In this document: piece by piece, positions 55,807-64,000 of the stretch | Layout: the number at the start of each line of letters is the position of its first letter | How positions within the stretch are numbered: position 1 is the stretch's first letter | DNA from: Pirellulales bacterium | Lineage (GTDB): Bacteria > Planctomycetota > Planctomycetia > Pirellulales > JAICIG01 | Assembly (NCBI GenBank): GCA_040901675.1 | Contig: JBBDYJ010000031.1 | Coordinates: 57,220 to 121,219 of the forward strand | Reading direction: 5' to 3' | Length of the DNA stretch: 64,000 nucleotides | Program-made: the position numbers and the translations under genes | Notes under the pieces: generated by a model | Seen by the model: the letters and a program-made list of their open reading frames with translations, nothing else | Told to the model about the DNA's origin: nothing | The model's database searches: none

Positions 55807-56805
55807 CTACTTTTCGGCAAAAGCCGCGTCGAAGGCGACCTGGCTGGGCGTGAAATCCCGCTGCTTGACGAACTCGCAGGCCTCCTTGGCACCCGCCTCG
55901 CGATCCATCCCCACGTCTTCCCACTCGACCGACAGCGGGCCGTCGTAGCCGATCACGTTCAACGCCCGGATGATCTCCTCGAAGTTCACCTGCCCGCGGC
56001 CGGGCGAGCGGAAATCCCAGCCCCGCCGCGGATCGCCAAAGCTCAGATGGCTGGCCAGGATGCCGGTGCGGCCGTTGAGCGTCACGATGCAGTCCTTGAC
56101 GTGCACGTGGTAGATGCGGTCGGAAAAAGCGCGGATGAACTCGACCGGGTCGACCCCCTGCCAGACCAGGTGGCTGGGATCGAAGTTGAAGCCGAACTCT
56201 TCGCGGCGGTCCAGCGCCTCCAGCGCCCGCTCCGCGCTGTAGAGGTCGAAGGCGATCTCGGTGGGGTGCACTTCCAGGGCGAAGCGGACGCCGCACTCGC
56301 CGAACACGTCCAGGATCGGGTTGAAGCGCTCGGCCAGCAGATCGAACCCCTCGTCGATCATCTCCGGCGGCGTGGGAGGAAACGAGTACAAGAGGTGCCA
56401 GATGCTCGATCCGGTGAAGCCGTTCACCACGCCCACGCCCAGCTTCTGCGCGGCCCGGGCGGTCTTCTTCAGCTCCTCGGCGGCCCGCGCATTCACGCCG
56501 GCCGCTTCGCCGTTGCCCCAAACGTGCGGCGGCAGGATCGCCTTGTGGCGGGCGTCGATCACGTCGAGCACGGCCTGGCCCACCAGGTGCGTGCTGATGG
56601 CGTGCACCTGCAAGTCGTATCGATCGAGCAGCTCGCGCCGCTGGGCGCAGTAGCCGGCATCGGTGACCGCCTTATCGACCTCGAAATGATCTCCCCAGCA
56701 GGCCAGCTCCAATCCCTGGTACCCGAACTCGCTGGCCTTCCGTGCCAGGTCTTCGAGTTTCAGGTCGGCCCATTGCCCCGTGAACAACGTAACCGGTCGC
56801 GTCAT
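55807..56805 (-). CDS. Sugar phosphate isomerase/epimerase (xylose isomerase-like TIM barrel)
   Basis: [42 protein letters not shown]. Confidence 0.92.
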   Translation of the reverse strand: MTRPVTLFTGQWADLKLEDLARKASEFGYQGLELACWGDHFEVDKAVTDAGYCAQRRELLDRYDLQVHAISTHLVGQAVLDVIDARHKAILPPHVWGNGEAAGVNARAAEELKKTARAAQKLGVGVVNGFTGSSIWHLLYSFPPTPPEMIDEGFDLLAERFNPILDVFGECGVRFALEVHPTEIAFDLYSAERALEALDRREEFGFNFDPSHLVWQGVDPVEFIRAFSDRIYHVHVKDCIVTLNGRTGILASHLSFGDPRRGWDFRSPGRGQVNFEEIIRALNVIGYDGPLSVEWEDVGMDREAGAKEACEFVKQRDFTPSQVAFDAAFAEK

Positions 56806-56988
56806 GATTGGGTGCTCCTGTCTGGGTGAATCGTGCGCCGAAGCTCCCATTCTGCCATTTGAATCCGGTGCTGCAACCATCTTCCGGTACCGAGACCTGG
56901 CGTGCCGACGCCTGGCCCCACGACCGTGGCGGGCCGCGGTGCTATACTGGCATAGGCGAATTCAGTTGTCTTAGCGCCGGGAGCGGCC

Positions 56989-58032
56989 ATGTTGAGGCGG
57001 ACGGCCGTGGTTCTGATCATGCTTGGCGTTTGCTGCCCGGCGGTCGGTGCATTGGCCGCGGGCCCGGCTCGGGTCAGCTTCGAGCTGGCCACCGAGCAGG
57101 GCTTTCCCGCCGCCGCCACGCAGCAGTGGTACACGCTGTTGACCGATCTCGACGTGGATGGACTGCGAATCCGGGCGGCGCGGGCCGGCGACCAGCCGGC
57201 GATCGAAGCCACCGGCGGGGCCGCCAGCCCGTTTTACCGGGTCACCGGTCTCTTGACCGCACGCAACGAATTGGTGTTGCCGGGTGGCAAGTTCTCAGTT
57301 CGCGATCGAGCGAAGCTGCACCAGTGGCTGACGCGGTTGCGCGAAGATGGGCCCGAGCACGCCCAGGCGCGTAAACCGCTGCCGTTCGGACTCTCGAGCG
57401 CCGAACTGGCCGCGGCGCACAAGGACCTCGCCCGTCCGGTGCCGATCTCGACCGCCGGGCTGAAACTCTCGGAAGCACTCGACAAGATAGCCGCCGGGCT
57501 CGACACGCCCCTGGTGGCCGAACGGGCGGCTGCGGCGGCCTTAGGGCGCGCCGAGCCGGTGAGCGAAGACGTGCAAGGCATCTCGAGCGGCACCGCACTG
57601 GCCTACCTGCTGCGCGCGGAGGGGTTGGCGTTGGAGCCGCGGCGGGATACGCGGCGGCAGGTGGAATATGCTGTCAAGCTGCCGATCGAGGGACAGCCGG
57701 TCTGGCCCGTCGGCTGGCCGCCCGAGGTCAAGCCGGCGGAACTTCTCCCGGAGCTGTTTGAGTTCTTGAACGCCGAGATCGACGACGTGCCGCTTTCCGA
57801 GACGCTCAAAGTGATCGGCGAGCGGCTGGAGCTGCCGATCCTGTTCGACCATCATGCCCTGGTCCGCGAGGGGATCGACATCCACGAGGTCAAGGTTTCG
57901 CTGCCGCCGCGCAGGACGTTCTACGACAAGGTCCTGCGAGCCGTTTTGAGCCAGGCGCAGCTCACCAGCGAAATGCGCGTCGACGAAGCCGGCAAGCCCT
58001 TGCTGTGGGTCACCACGCTCAAACGGAAATGA
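56989..58032 (+). CDS. Exported hypothetical protein with two STN/secretin-N-like domains
   Basis: Signal peptide; two repeats of ..L.EAL..I...L..P.... Confidence 0.65.
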   Translation: MLRRTAVVLIMLGVCCPAVGALAAGPARVSFELATEQGFPAAATQQWYTLLTDLDVDGLRIRAARAGDQPAIEATGGAASPFYRVTGLLTARNELVLPGGKFSVRDRAKLHQWLTRLREDGPEHAQARKPLPFGLSSAELAAAHKDLARPVPISTAGLKLSEALDKIAAGLDTPLVAERAAAAALGRAEPVSEDVQGISSGTALAYLLRAEGLALEPRRDTRRQVEYAVKLPIEGQPVWPVGWPPEVKPAELLPELFEFLNAEIDDVPLSETLKVIGERLELPILFDHHALVREGIDIHEVKVSLPPRRTFYDKVLRAVLSQAQLTSEMRVDEAGKPLLWVTTLKRK

Positions 58033-58565
58033 CGCACGACCCCCAACGGCCCGCCCCATCCGCCTGCGGCGGACCAGGCGTTTTGCTTCCAGGACCCTGG
58101 GTTGCCGCCACGCTGGCCGACTTGGGCGTGACGCACGTGGTATGGCTGCCCGATTCGGCGCTGGGAACGTGGGAAGGTGCCTTCGAGCAGTCGGACCGTC
58201 TGCGGCTTGTCCGAGTCTGCCGCGAGGGAGAAGCTTGGGCCATCGCGGCCGGTTTGCACTTGGGAGGCCGGCAGCCGGTCGTCGTGATCCAGAACACGGG
58301 CCTGTTCGAATCGGGAGATGCGCTGCGAAACGTGCTGTTCGACCTGCGGCTGCCGCTGTTTTCGATCGTCGGTTACCGCGGCTACCTGGTCGAAGGTTCG
58401 ACCGACACGGCCCGGCAGTTCACCGAACCGGTGCTCTCGGCCTGGGGACTCGATTACGTACTGATCGCAAGCCCCGATGAGGGGCCGCGGCTGGCCGAGC
58501 ATTATCGGGCTTGCCGGGCGGCCGGGCGGCCGGGCGTGGTCCTGCTGGCCGAAGGACGTGGTTGA
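58029..58565 (+). CDS. TPP enzyme PYR subunit (ComD / phosphonopyruvate decarboxylase alpha-like)
   Basis: GVTHVVWLPDS, VCREGEAWAIAAG, IQNTGL; ATGA overlap with the upstream gene. Confidence 0.85.
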   Translation: MTHDPQRPAPSACGGPGVLLPGPWVAATLADLGVTHVVWLPDSALGTWEGAFEQSDRLRLVRVCREGEAWAIAAGLHLGGRQPVVVIQNTGLFESGDALRNVLFDLRLPLFSIVGYRGYLVEGSTDTARQFTEPVLSAWGLDYVLIASPDEGPRLAEHYRACRAAGRPGVVLLAEGRG

Positions 58566-58576
58566 GGGGGCCGCGC

Positions 58577-59197
58577 ATGGCAACGAATCCGCGAAGTCGC
58601 AGGGCAATGCCGCTGGCGGCGGCGCTGGAGGTGCTGGCCGCGCGGCGCCGCAACGAGATCGTGGTGACCACGATGGGCTCCGCGCGCGAGTGGCCTCGCT
58701 GTTCGAAGCATGCGCTCGACTTTCATTATCTTCCCTCGGCCATGGGGCATGCTCCGATGTTAGGCCTGGGATTGGCCCTGGCCCGAGGCGAGCGCGACGT
58801 GATCGTCCTCAACGGCGATGGCTGCATGCTGATGAGTCTGGGCTGCCTGGTGACCGTGGTGGCCAGCGCGGCGGCGAACTACACGCTGGTGGTGCTCGAC
58901 AATGGCATCTACGAAGTGACAGGCGGCCAGGCGACGCCGGCCGGCGCCACGGACTTTGCCGCCATGGCACGCGCCGCCGGTTTCGCCACCGTGGCGGCCT
59001 TCGACGACCTGGCCCGCTGGCAGTCGTCGGCGGCCGGCATCCTGGCTGCGCCCGGGCCCCGCTTCATCTCTCTGCGGGTCGAGCCGGTGGGCGACGACTA
59101 CCAGTTACCCGCGCCGCGCCCCATGTCGCAGCGGATCGCCGAGTTCCGCCAGGCGCTCGCCCAGGCGCCTACTCCCCTCCCGAACCAAGACGGCTGA
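58577..59197 (+). CDS. TPP enzyme PP subunit (ComE-like)
   Basis: SAMGHA..LGLGLAL, NGDGCMLMSLG, LDNGIYEVTGGQ. Confidence 0.88.
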   Translation: MATNPRSRRAMPLAAALEVLAARRRNEIVVTTMGSAREWPRCSKHALDFHYLPSAMGHAPMLGLGLALARGERDVIVLNGDGCMLMSLGCLVTVVASAAANYTLVVLDNGIYEVTGGQATPAGATDFAAMARAAGFATVAAFDDLARWQSSAAGILAAPGPRFISLRVEPVGDDYQLPAPRPMSQRIAEFRQALAQAPTPLPNQDG

Positions 59198-60980
59198 CTT
59201 CGTCCTCGCCCGGCAAGCCGAAGGAGAGCAAGACGCCGGTGTATTGCTTCGGGAAGAAGGCCTCGTAGTCCGCGGGACTGAACAGCGTGTTGCCCGTGCC
59301 GACGTAGACGCGGCCGCGAGACACGGAAGGGCCGCACCAGACCGGCCCCAGGTCGATCTCCTTGAGCACGGCGCCGTTGGCCGCATCGAGTGCGACCAGC
59401 TTTCCGCTGGCGGCAGTGGTGAAGTAGAGCACGCCGTTGGCGACGGCGATGCCAGAGGCGACCGGATCGCCGACGTCAGTGTAAGAGGGCTTGGGGGGCG
59501 GGCCGCCGAGCGACGCCACCTTGGGGCGGTCGTGCCGCCAGCGCTCGGCTCGCGTATCGGGGCTCAACGCCACGACCCGGCCGCCCGTCGGCGGCACGCC
59601 GGCAGCCTCGATCGCCTCCACGGTCCCCAGTTGGAGGGCATCGATTCCATTGGTAAAGATGCTTTTGCCGTCCGTCGCGCAGCCGGTTTGCAGCCCGCCG
59701 ATGGGGCTGGGCAGCGCCAGCGTTCGCCGGTCCGGTGCGGGTGTGAGAGGATAGGCGGGCGGTCCGGTGTAAATTGGGGTGTGATCGAGGATGCGGCCGT
59801 CGTCGGATTCGAGGACGTAAAAGCCGCCGTTCTTGCAGCCAACCCCAACCACCTTGGTCGGCGCGCCTTCGACGGGAATCGCGTAGATTTTGGGCGTGTC
59901 GCCGATCGACTGGTCCTTGTATCGCCCTTCCTTCGGGTCGTAGGCCCTCATCGAGTTGGTCCAGACGTCACCCGGGTTGATCTGCGTGACCCACTTCTCG
60001 GCACCGTCTCGAACGTCGATCGCGATCACCGCGCACGATTCGCGGGTGGCCAGCCGCGGATCGTCCTCGGTCGGCTGCCGTGGGGCCGTGTTGACGTCGG
60101 TGCCGAAGAAGATCGTGCCGGACTCGGCGTCGAACGAAGGCGTGCTCCAGACGGTGCTGGTCGCCGGCCCGAACTCGAAGACGTGGTCGCCCCAGGTGTC
60201 CGTGATCGTGATCTGCGGCTCGAGTCGCTGGGGTTTGGGCCCAACGTTGTATTTCCACGCCACGCGGCCGGTTTTGGGATCCAGCGCGACGACAAAACCC
60301 CGGCCGGTGCTCCCCTTGTAGAACTGGCTCCCGGCGAAAAGCTGTTCGAGCGCGCCCCCCGCGAAGATGACCTTCCCGCCGGCCATGATCGGCGACGCGA
60401 ACAGGGCGTTGGCAGGGTGGAAATCGGGGAACCCGTCGGCGCGGGTGTTGATCTTCCAGCGTTCGGTTCCGTCGGCGCGGTCCAGCGCGTAGATCCAACC
60501 GCCGATGTCGCCAAAGAACACCGTGTCGGCGGTGACCAAGGCCGAGCCAACGATCCCTTCGGCGCCCGACGCGATAAGGGCGCTGCGCCCCGCCTCGTCA
60601 TCCTGCCCCGCCTCGGGCGCTGGCGCCGTCCCGCGGGCCGGATTGCGGTACGACCAGCGGACCTTGCCGTCGGGTGTGAGCTTATAGAACGCCGGCTCGG
60701 TGGCCGTCCCGAAATAGACGTAGCCGTTCACCACGATGGGAGTCGCATGGACGACGCCGATCTCAAGGTTCGAATCTTGGGGCGGGAATCTCCATTTCTC
60801 TTCCAGCCGGCCCGCGTTCGACTTGTCGATCGCCGTTTCATCCGGGTTATGGCGACTGCCGATAACGTCGCGATTGTACATCGGCCAGTCCTGGCCGCGG
60901 GTGGCGATAGGCAAGTCGACCCACACGATGGCGGCCAGCGCCCACGCCAGCAACGCGTGCGTCAGCGGTTTGCAGAACAT
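59169..60980 (-). CDS. Exported PQQ-type beta-propeller protein (polyvinyl alcohol dehydrogenase-like)
   Basis: DWPMYN, ATPIV, ALD...G...W repeats, VWSTPS, ITQ..PGDVW, G.KNG..Y. Confidence 0.85.
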   Translation of the reverse strand: MFCKPLTHALLAWALAAIVWVDLPIATRGQDWPMYNRDVIGSRHNPDETAIDKSNAGRLEEKWRFPPQDSNLEIGVVHATPIVVNGYVYFGTATEPAFYKLTPDGKVRWSYRNPARGTAPAPEAGQDDEAGRSALIASGAEGIVGSALVTADTVFFGDIGGWIYALDRADGTERWKINTRADGFPDFHPANALFASPIMAGGKVIFAGGALEQLFAGSQFYKGSTGRGFVVALDPKTGRVAWKYNVGPKPQRLEPQITITDTWGDHVFEFGPATSTVWSTPSFDAESGTIFFGTDVNTAPRQPTEDDPRLATRESCAVIAIDVRDGAEKWVTQINPGDVWTNSMRAYDPKEGRYKDQSIGDTPKIYAIPVEGAPTKVVGVGCKNGGFYVLESDDGRILDHTPIYTGPPAYPLTPAPDRRTLALPSPIGGLQTGCATDGKSIFTNGIDALQLGTVEAIEAAGVPPTGGRVVALSPDTRAERWRHDRPKVASLGGPPPKPSYTDVGDPVASGIAVANGVLYFTTAASGKLVALDAANGAVLKEIDLGPVWCGPSVSRGRVYVGTGNTLFSPADYEAFFPKQYTGVLLSFGLPGEDEVSRLGSGGE

Positions 60981-61119
60981 TCGAATTCCTATGCATGACC
61001 TTCTGAATCGAGAGGCGACTGCGGCGGGTCCGGAACCTGCCATCGAGCGGCGCGTCCGTGCTTCTGCCTATTCGCAGAACAGGCGGAATTCTTCGAAGCG
61101 GCTTGAGAAGTCCGGTGTT

Positions 61120-62439
61120 TTACTGCAGCGCGAACTTGAACTGTTTGCGCTGGCCGTTGCGCAGCACGGTGGCGGCCACCGTGTCGCCCGGCCGTTTTTC
61201 TTGCAGGGTGTGCGCGAGCAACTGCGATTCCGTCATGCGGCCGCGCTGGCCGTCGAACGCCACCAGGATGTCGTCCTTGCGGAAGCCGGCGCGCAACGCC
61301 ACGGCGTGGTCGCCATATTCGCCGGCGTGCTTCACGCGCAAAGCCATCGAGTCGTCCGGCAGGCCGGCTTCGCTTCGCTCATCCGGCAACAGCTCCTCCA
61401 GCAGCAGGCCGCCCAACCCCATCCGCCGCAAGTCCCAAGTGGTCGCGCGCCAGGAGATGTCGTCGCGCCGCCGCCAGCCTTCGTCAAGCGTCAGGACCAG
61501 GTCGAGTTTCTCGCCTTTCCTGGCCACCTGGGCGCTGAGGCGGCCGCTCGGCGGCGCATGGTGGAGCACCCACTGGATGTCGGCGATCGACAAGAGCGGT
61601 TGCCCTTCCAGCCTGAGGATTTCGTCTCCCGCCTGGAAATCGTCGCGCTCGGCCGGTGAGTCGGCGGCCACCTCCGCGATGCGTGCTTTTTCCCTGGGGT
61701 CCATGATCAGCCCCACCACGGACGGGTTCGGGGAGGGGTAGAGGACTTCGTCGGGGATCGGCTCGCCCGCCGTGCGGTAGACCAGCCGCTCGGCCTCGCG
61801 GATCTGGTGGCAGTGCAGGCAGCTCGCGGCCACGCGCCCCTCGTAGTCGAGGTCCGACTCGTACTTGCCGGCCAGACTCGGATAATCTCCCGGCGACTTG
61901 AACCCGGCCTCGCTCACCTGCTTGCCGGCCAGCGCCGGCTTGACCTGCTCGTGCCGCTTGTGCATTTCCAAGGCGGCCGCCATCGCCTTTCGCAAGCCCT
62001 CGAGCGTGATGTCGCGCGATTCCTCATGTTTCGACCGGGTGCCGAAGCGGCCGTAGATCGTCATGTCGGGGTGCATGAGGACGGCGGCGAACGACTGGTC
62101 GAAATCGAACTGGAACCGCGTCAGGTCGATGGTGTTGGCCTGCACGATGCGGACGCAGACGAACTGGTCCATCAGGTCCCGCACCCGGCGATCGCGGCGG
62201 GCCACCTGGTCGTCGAACTCCTGGCAGGCCGCGCATGGAATGCAGCGAAACACGACCAACAGCGGCTTATCCTCCGCGGCCGCCGCGCGAACGCCCGCTT
62301 CCAGATCGTTGTAGATCCAGTCCCGCGAGCCTTCGAAAGCCTCTCGGTCCTTGCGGACCTTGGTGTCGCGGTCCTGTGCGGCGGCCGCTGTCCCGACGGC
62401 AGCCATCAGCAGCCCGATCGCCATGCTTGCAATGCGCAT
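61120..62439 (-). CDS. Trx7/PDZ domain protein (Cys form of a (seleno)protein family)
   Basis: WIYNDL..G...A....KPLLVVFRCIPCAAC, CLHCH, two PDZ domains. Confidence 0.85.
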   Translation of the reverse strand: MRIASMAIGLLMAAVGTAAAAQDRDTKVRKDREAFEGSRDWIYNDLEAGVRAAAAEDKPLLVVFRCIPCAACQEFDDQVARRDRRVRDLMDQFVCVRIVQANTIDLTRFQFDFDQSFAAVLMHPDMTIYGRFGTRSKHEESRDITLEGLRKAMAAALEMHKRHEQVKPALAGKQVSEAGFKSPGDYPSLAGKYESDLDYEGRVAASCLHCHQIREAERLVYRTAGEPIPDEVLYPSPNPSVVGLIMDPREKARIAEVAADSPAERDDFQAGDEILRLEGQPLLSIADIQWVLHHAPPSGRLSAQVARKGEKLDLVLTLDEGWRRRDDISWRATTWDLRRMGLGGLLLEELLPDERSEAGLPDDSMALRVKHAGEYGDHAVALRAGFRKDDILVAFDGQRGRMTESQLLAHTLQEKRPGDTVAATVLRNGQRKQFKFALQ

Positions 62440-62656
62440 CCCAAATCTCCTCGGATCCAAAATAACACTGCACCAACAACGGTTCGAATTTAATGCACGT
62501 GCCGAGCCCTCCACTCGGATGGCTACATGGTAAAAGACCCAGCTGCCGCTGCCTAGCGTTGCGCTTTCGTGTTCGGCCCGCCACTAAATCGTCGGCTAAT
62601 CGTTGTGGACCTCGGTCGGCCGCAACAGGATGGATTTGCTCTGGGAACAAAAAAAT

Positions 62657-62754
62657 GGGGATAAGTCCAATTGCTCAAAAAAATAGAGATAAGTCCAACT
62701 GCTCGGCCGTCGGCCATTTGGAAGGCGGCGCAGCCTAATATTGGACTTATCCCC
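62657..62754. repeat. REP-like cluster GGGGATAAGTCCAAT (two direct copies, one inverted)
   Basis: Direct copies at 62657-62671 and 62688-62698; inverted ATTGGACTTATCCCC at 62740-62754. Confidence 0.8.
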
Positions 62755-62835
62755 GTTTCTCATTCGGCGCAGGCCAAGGCAGGCAAGACGACGCCCTGGG
62801 AGAAAGGCTGCGGCGCACGGAGTGTGCCTGCTGCG

Positions 62836-64000
62836 CTAGGCGCGCTGGCGGGCGGCGCGGCGGCGGTTGGTCTCGCTGAGAAGGATTTTGCGCAGGCGGA
62901 TAGCGCCGGGAGTGATCTCCACCAACTCGTCGTCCTCGATGTACTCCAACGCCATCTCCAACGTCATCAGCCGCGGCGGCTTCAGCAGGATGTTGCGGTC
63001 GCTGCCCGAAGCCCGCATGTTGGTCAGCTTCTTCTCCTTGGTCGGATTCACCGGCATGTCGCCCGAACGGCTGTTCTCCCCCACAATCATCCCCTCGTAC
63101 ACCTCGTCGCCGGGGCCGACGAACATCTCGGCCCGCTCCTGCAGGCCGTCCAGCCCGAAAGCCACCGCCCGGCCAGCCACCATCGACACCAGCACGCCGG
63201 TCGGACGGCCGGAGATCTCCCCCTCCAGCGGCCGATAGCGCTCGAAGCGATGATGGATGATGGCCGTGCCCTGCGTCGAGTTGAGCAGCCGGGTCCGCAG
63301 GCCGATCAAGCCTCGCGCCGGAATCGAAAAGATGACGTGCGAGTACTCGCCGCGGGTGTGCATCTCGACCATCTGGCCGCGCCGCGCGCCGACCAGCTCC
63401 ATCACTGCCCCCAGCCGGTCGGGCGGCACTTCGACCACCAGCGTCTCGAACGGCTCCTCGATGATGCCCCCCCGCTGCCGCGTGATCACCCGCGGCTTGC
63501 CCACCGACAGCTCGAACCCCTCGCGGCGCATCGTCTCGATCAGCACCGAGAGGTGCAACAGGCCGCGGCCCGACACGGCAAAGGCGTCGCTCCCCTCCAC
63601 CGGCTTGACCTGCAGGGCCACGTTTTTTTCCAGCTCCTTGGTGAGCCGCTCGCGCAGGTGCCGGCTGGTCACGTACTTGCCGCTGCGCCCCGCCAGCGGC
63701 GAGGTGTTGATGCTGAAGATCATCTCCAGCGTCGGCTGATCCACCTCCAGCCGCGGCAGTGCCCGCGGCGTCTCGGCGTCGCTGATCGTGTCACCGATCT
63801 CGATCTGTTCCAGCCCCACCACCGCCGCCACGTCGCCGGCCGAAGCCTCTTCGACCTCGAGGCGGCCCAGCTTGTCGAAGACCTGCACCGACGTCACGCG
63901 GGCCGGCGTGATTACGTCGCCCGACTGCATCAGGGCCACGCGCTGGCCGCGGCGGACGCGGCCTGAGTGGATCCGGCCCACGGCGATGCGTCCCACGTAC
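62836..64000 (-). CDS. typA: Translational GTPase TypA/BipA, 3' part (runs off the window)
   Basis: GRGLLHLSVLIETMRREGFE, IPARGLIG, YEGMIVGE, KKLTNMRA, DDELVEITP. Confidence 0.97.
   Translation of the reverse strand, partial: YVGRIAVGRIHSGRVRRGQRVALMQSGDVITPARVTSVQVFDKLGRLEVEEASAGDVAAVVGLEQIEIGDTISDAETPRALPRLEVDQPTLEMIFSINTSPLAGRSGKYVTSRHLRERLTKELEKNVALQVKPVEGSDAFAVSGRGLLHLSVLIETMRREGFELSVGKPRVITRQRGGIIEEPFETLVVEVPPDRLGAVMELVGARRGQMVEMHTRGEYSHVIFSIPARGLIGLRTRLLNSTQGTAIIHHRFERYRPLEGEISGRPTGVLVSMVAGRAVAFGLDGLQERAEMFVGPGDEVYEGMIVGENSRSGDMPVNPTKEKKLTNMRASGSDRNILLKPPRLMTLEMALEYIEDDELVEITPGAIRLRKILLSETNRRRAARQRA

Noticed and set aside
62220..62250. Selenocysteine recoding in the Trx7/PDZ gene
   Set aside because: All three Cys codons are TGC; there is no in-frame TGA.

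Overview
High-GC bacterial chromosomal window, very likely from a planctomycete (Pirellulales-like). Support: two DUF1549/DUF1553–DUF1501 pairs, a LEPR-XLL protein, TIGR03067, DUF1570 and DUF1080 proteins, and a giant Ser/Thr kinase-TPR protein. Left to right: a rearranged 2-oxoacid/acetoin dehydrogenase operon (E1alpha-E1beta-lipoyl fusion plus lipoyl-less E2); an orphan HAMP histidine kinase; a trehalose/alpha-glucan locus (glgB, treS-mak, glgE, divergent treZ) with an apparent attenuator/riboswitch-like leader; MscS; dnaE; an FHA protein; tRNA-Arg(UCG). A ~2.4 kb mosaic scar (32.3-34.7 kb) holds remnants of GT2-TPR, Rhs, the sucC 3' end and a RAYT-type transposase around a REP-flanked toxin/immunity-like cassette. 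It is followed by a truncated vapC with intact antitoxin, HD-GYP/PilZ genes near an unusual Flp pilin, an in-frame Hsp20-Lon chimera, tRNA-His, a ComDE-like decarboxylase pair, a PQQ propeller, a Trx7/PDZ protein and the 3' part of typA. No CRISPR array or rRNA was seen. Family assignments come from motif recognition by eye; no database searches were run.
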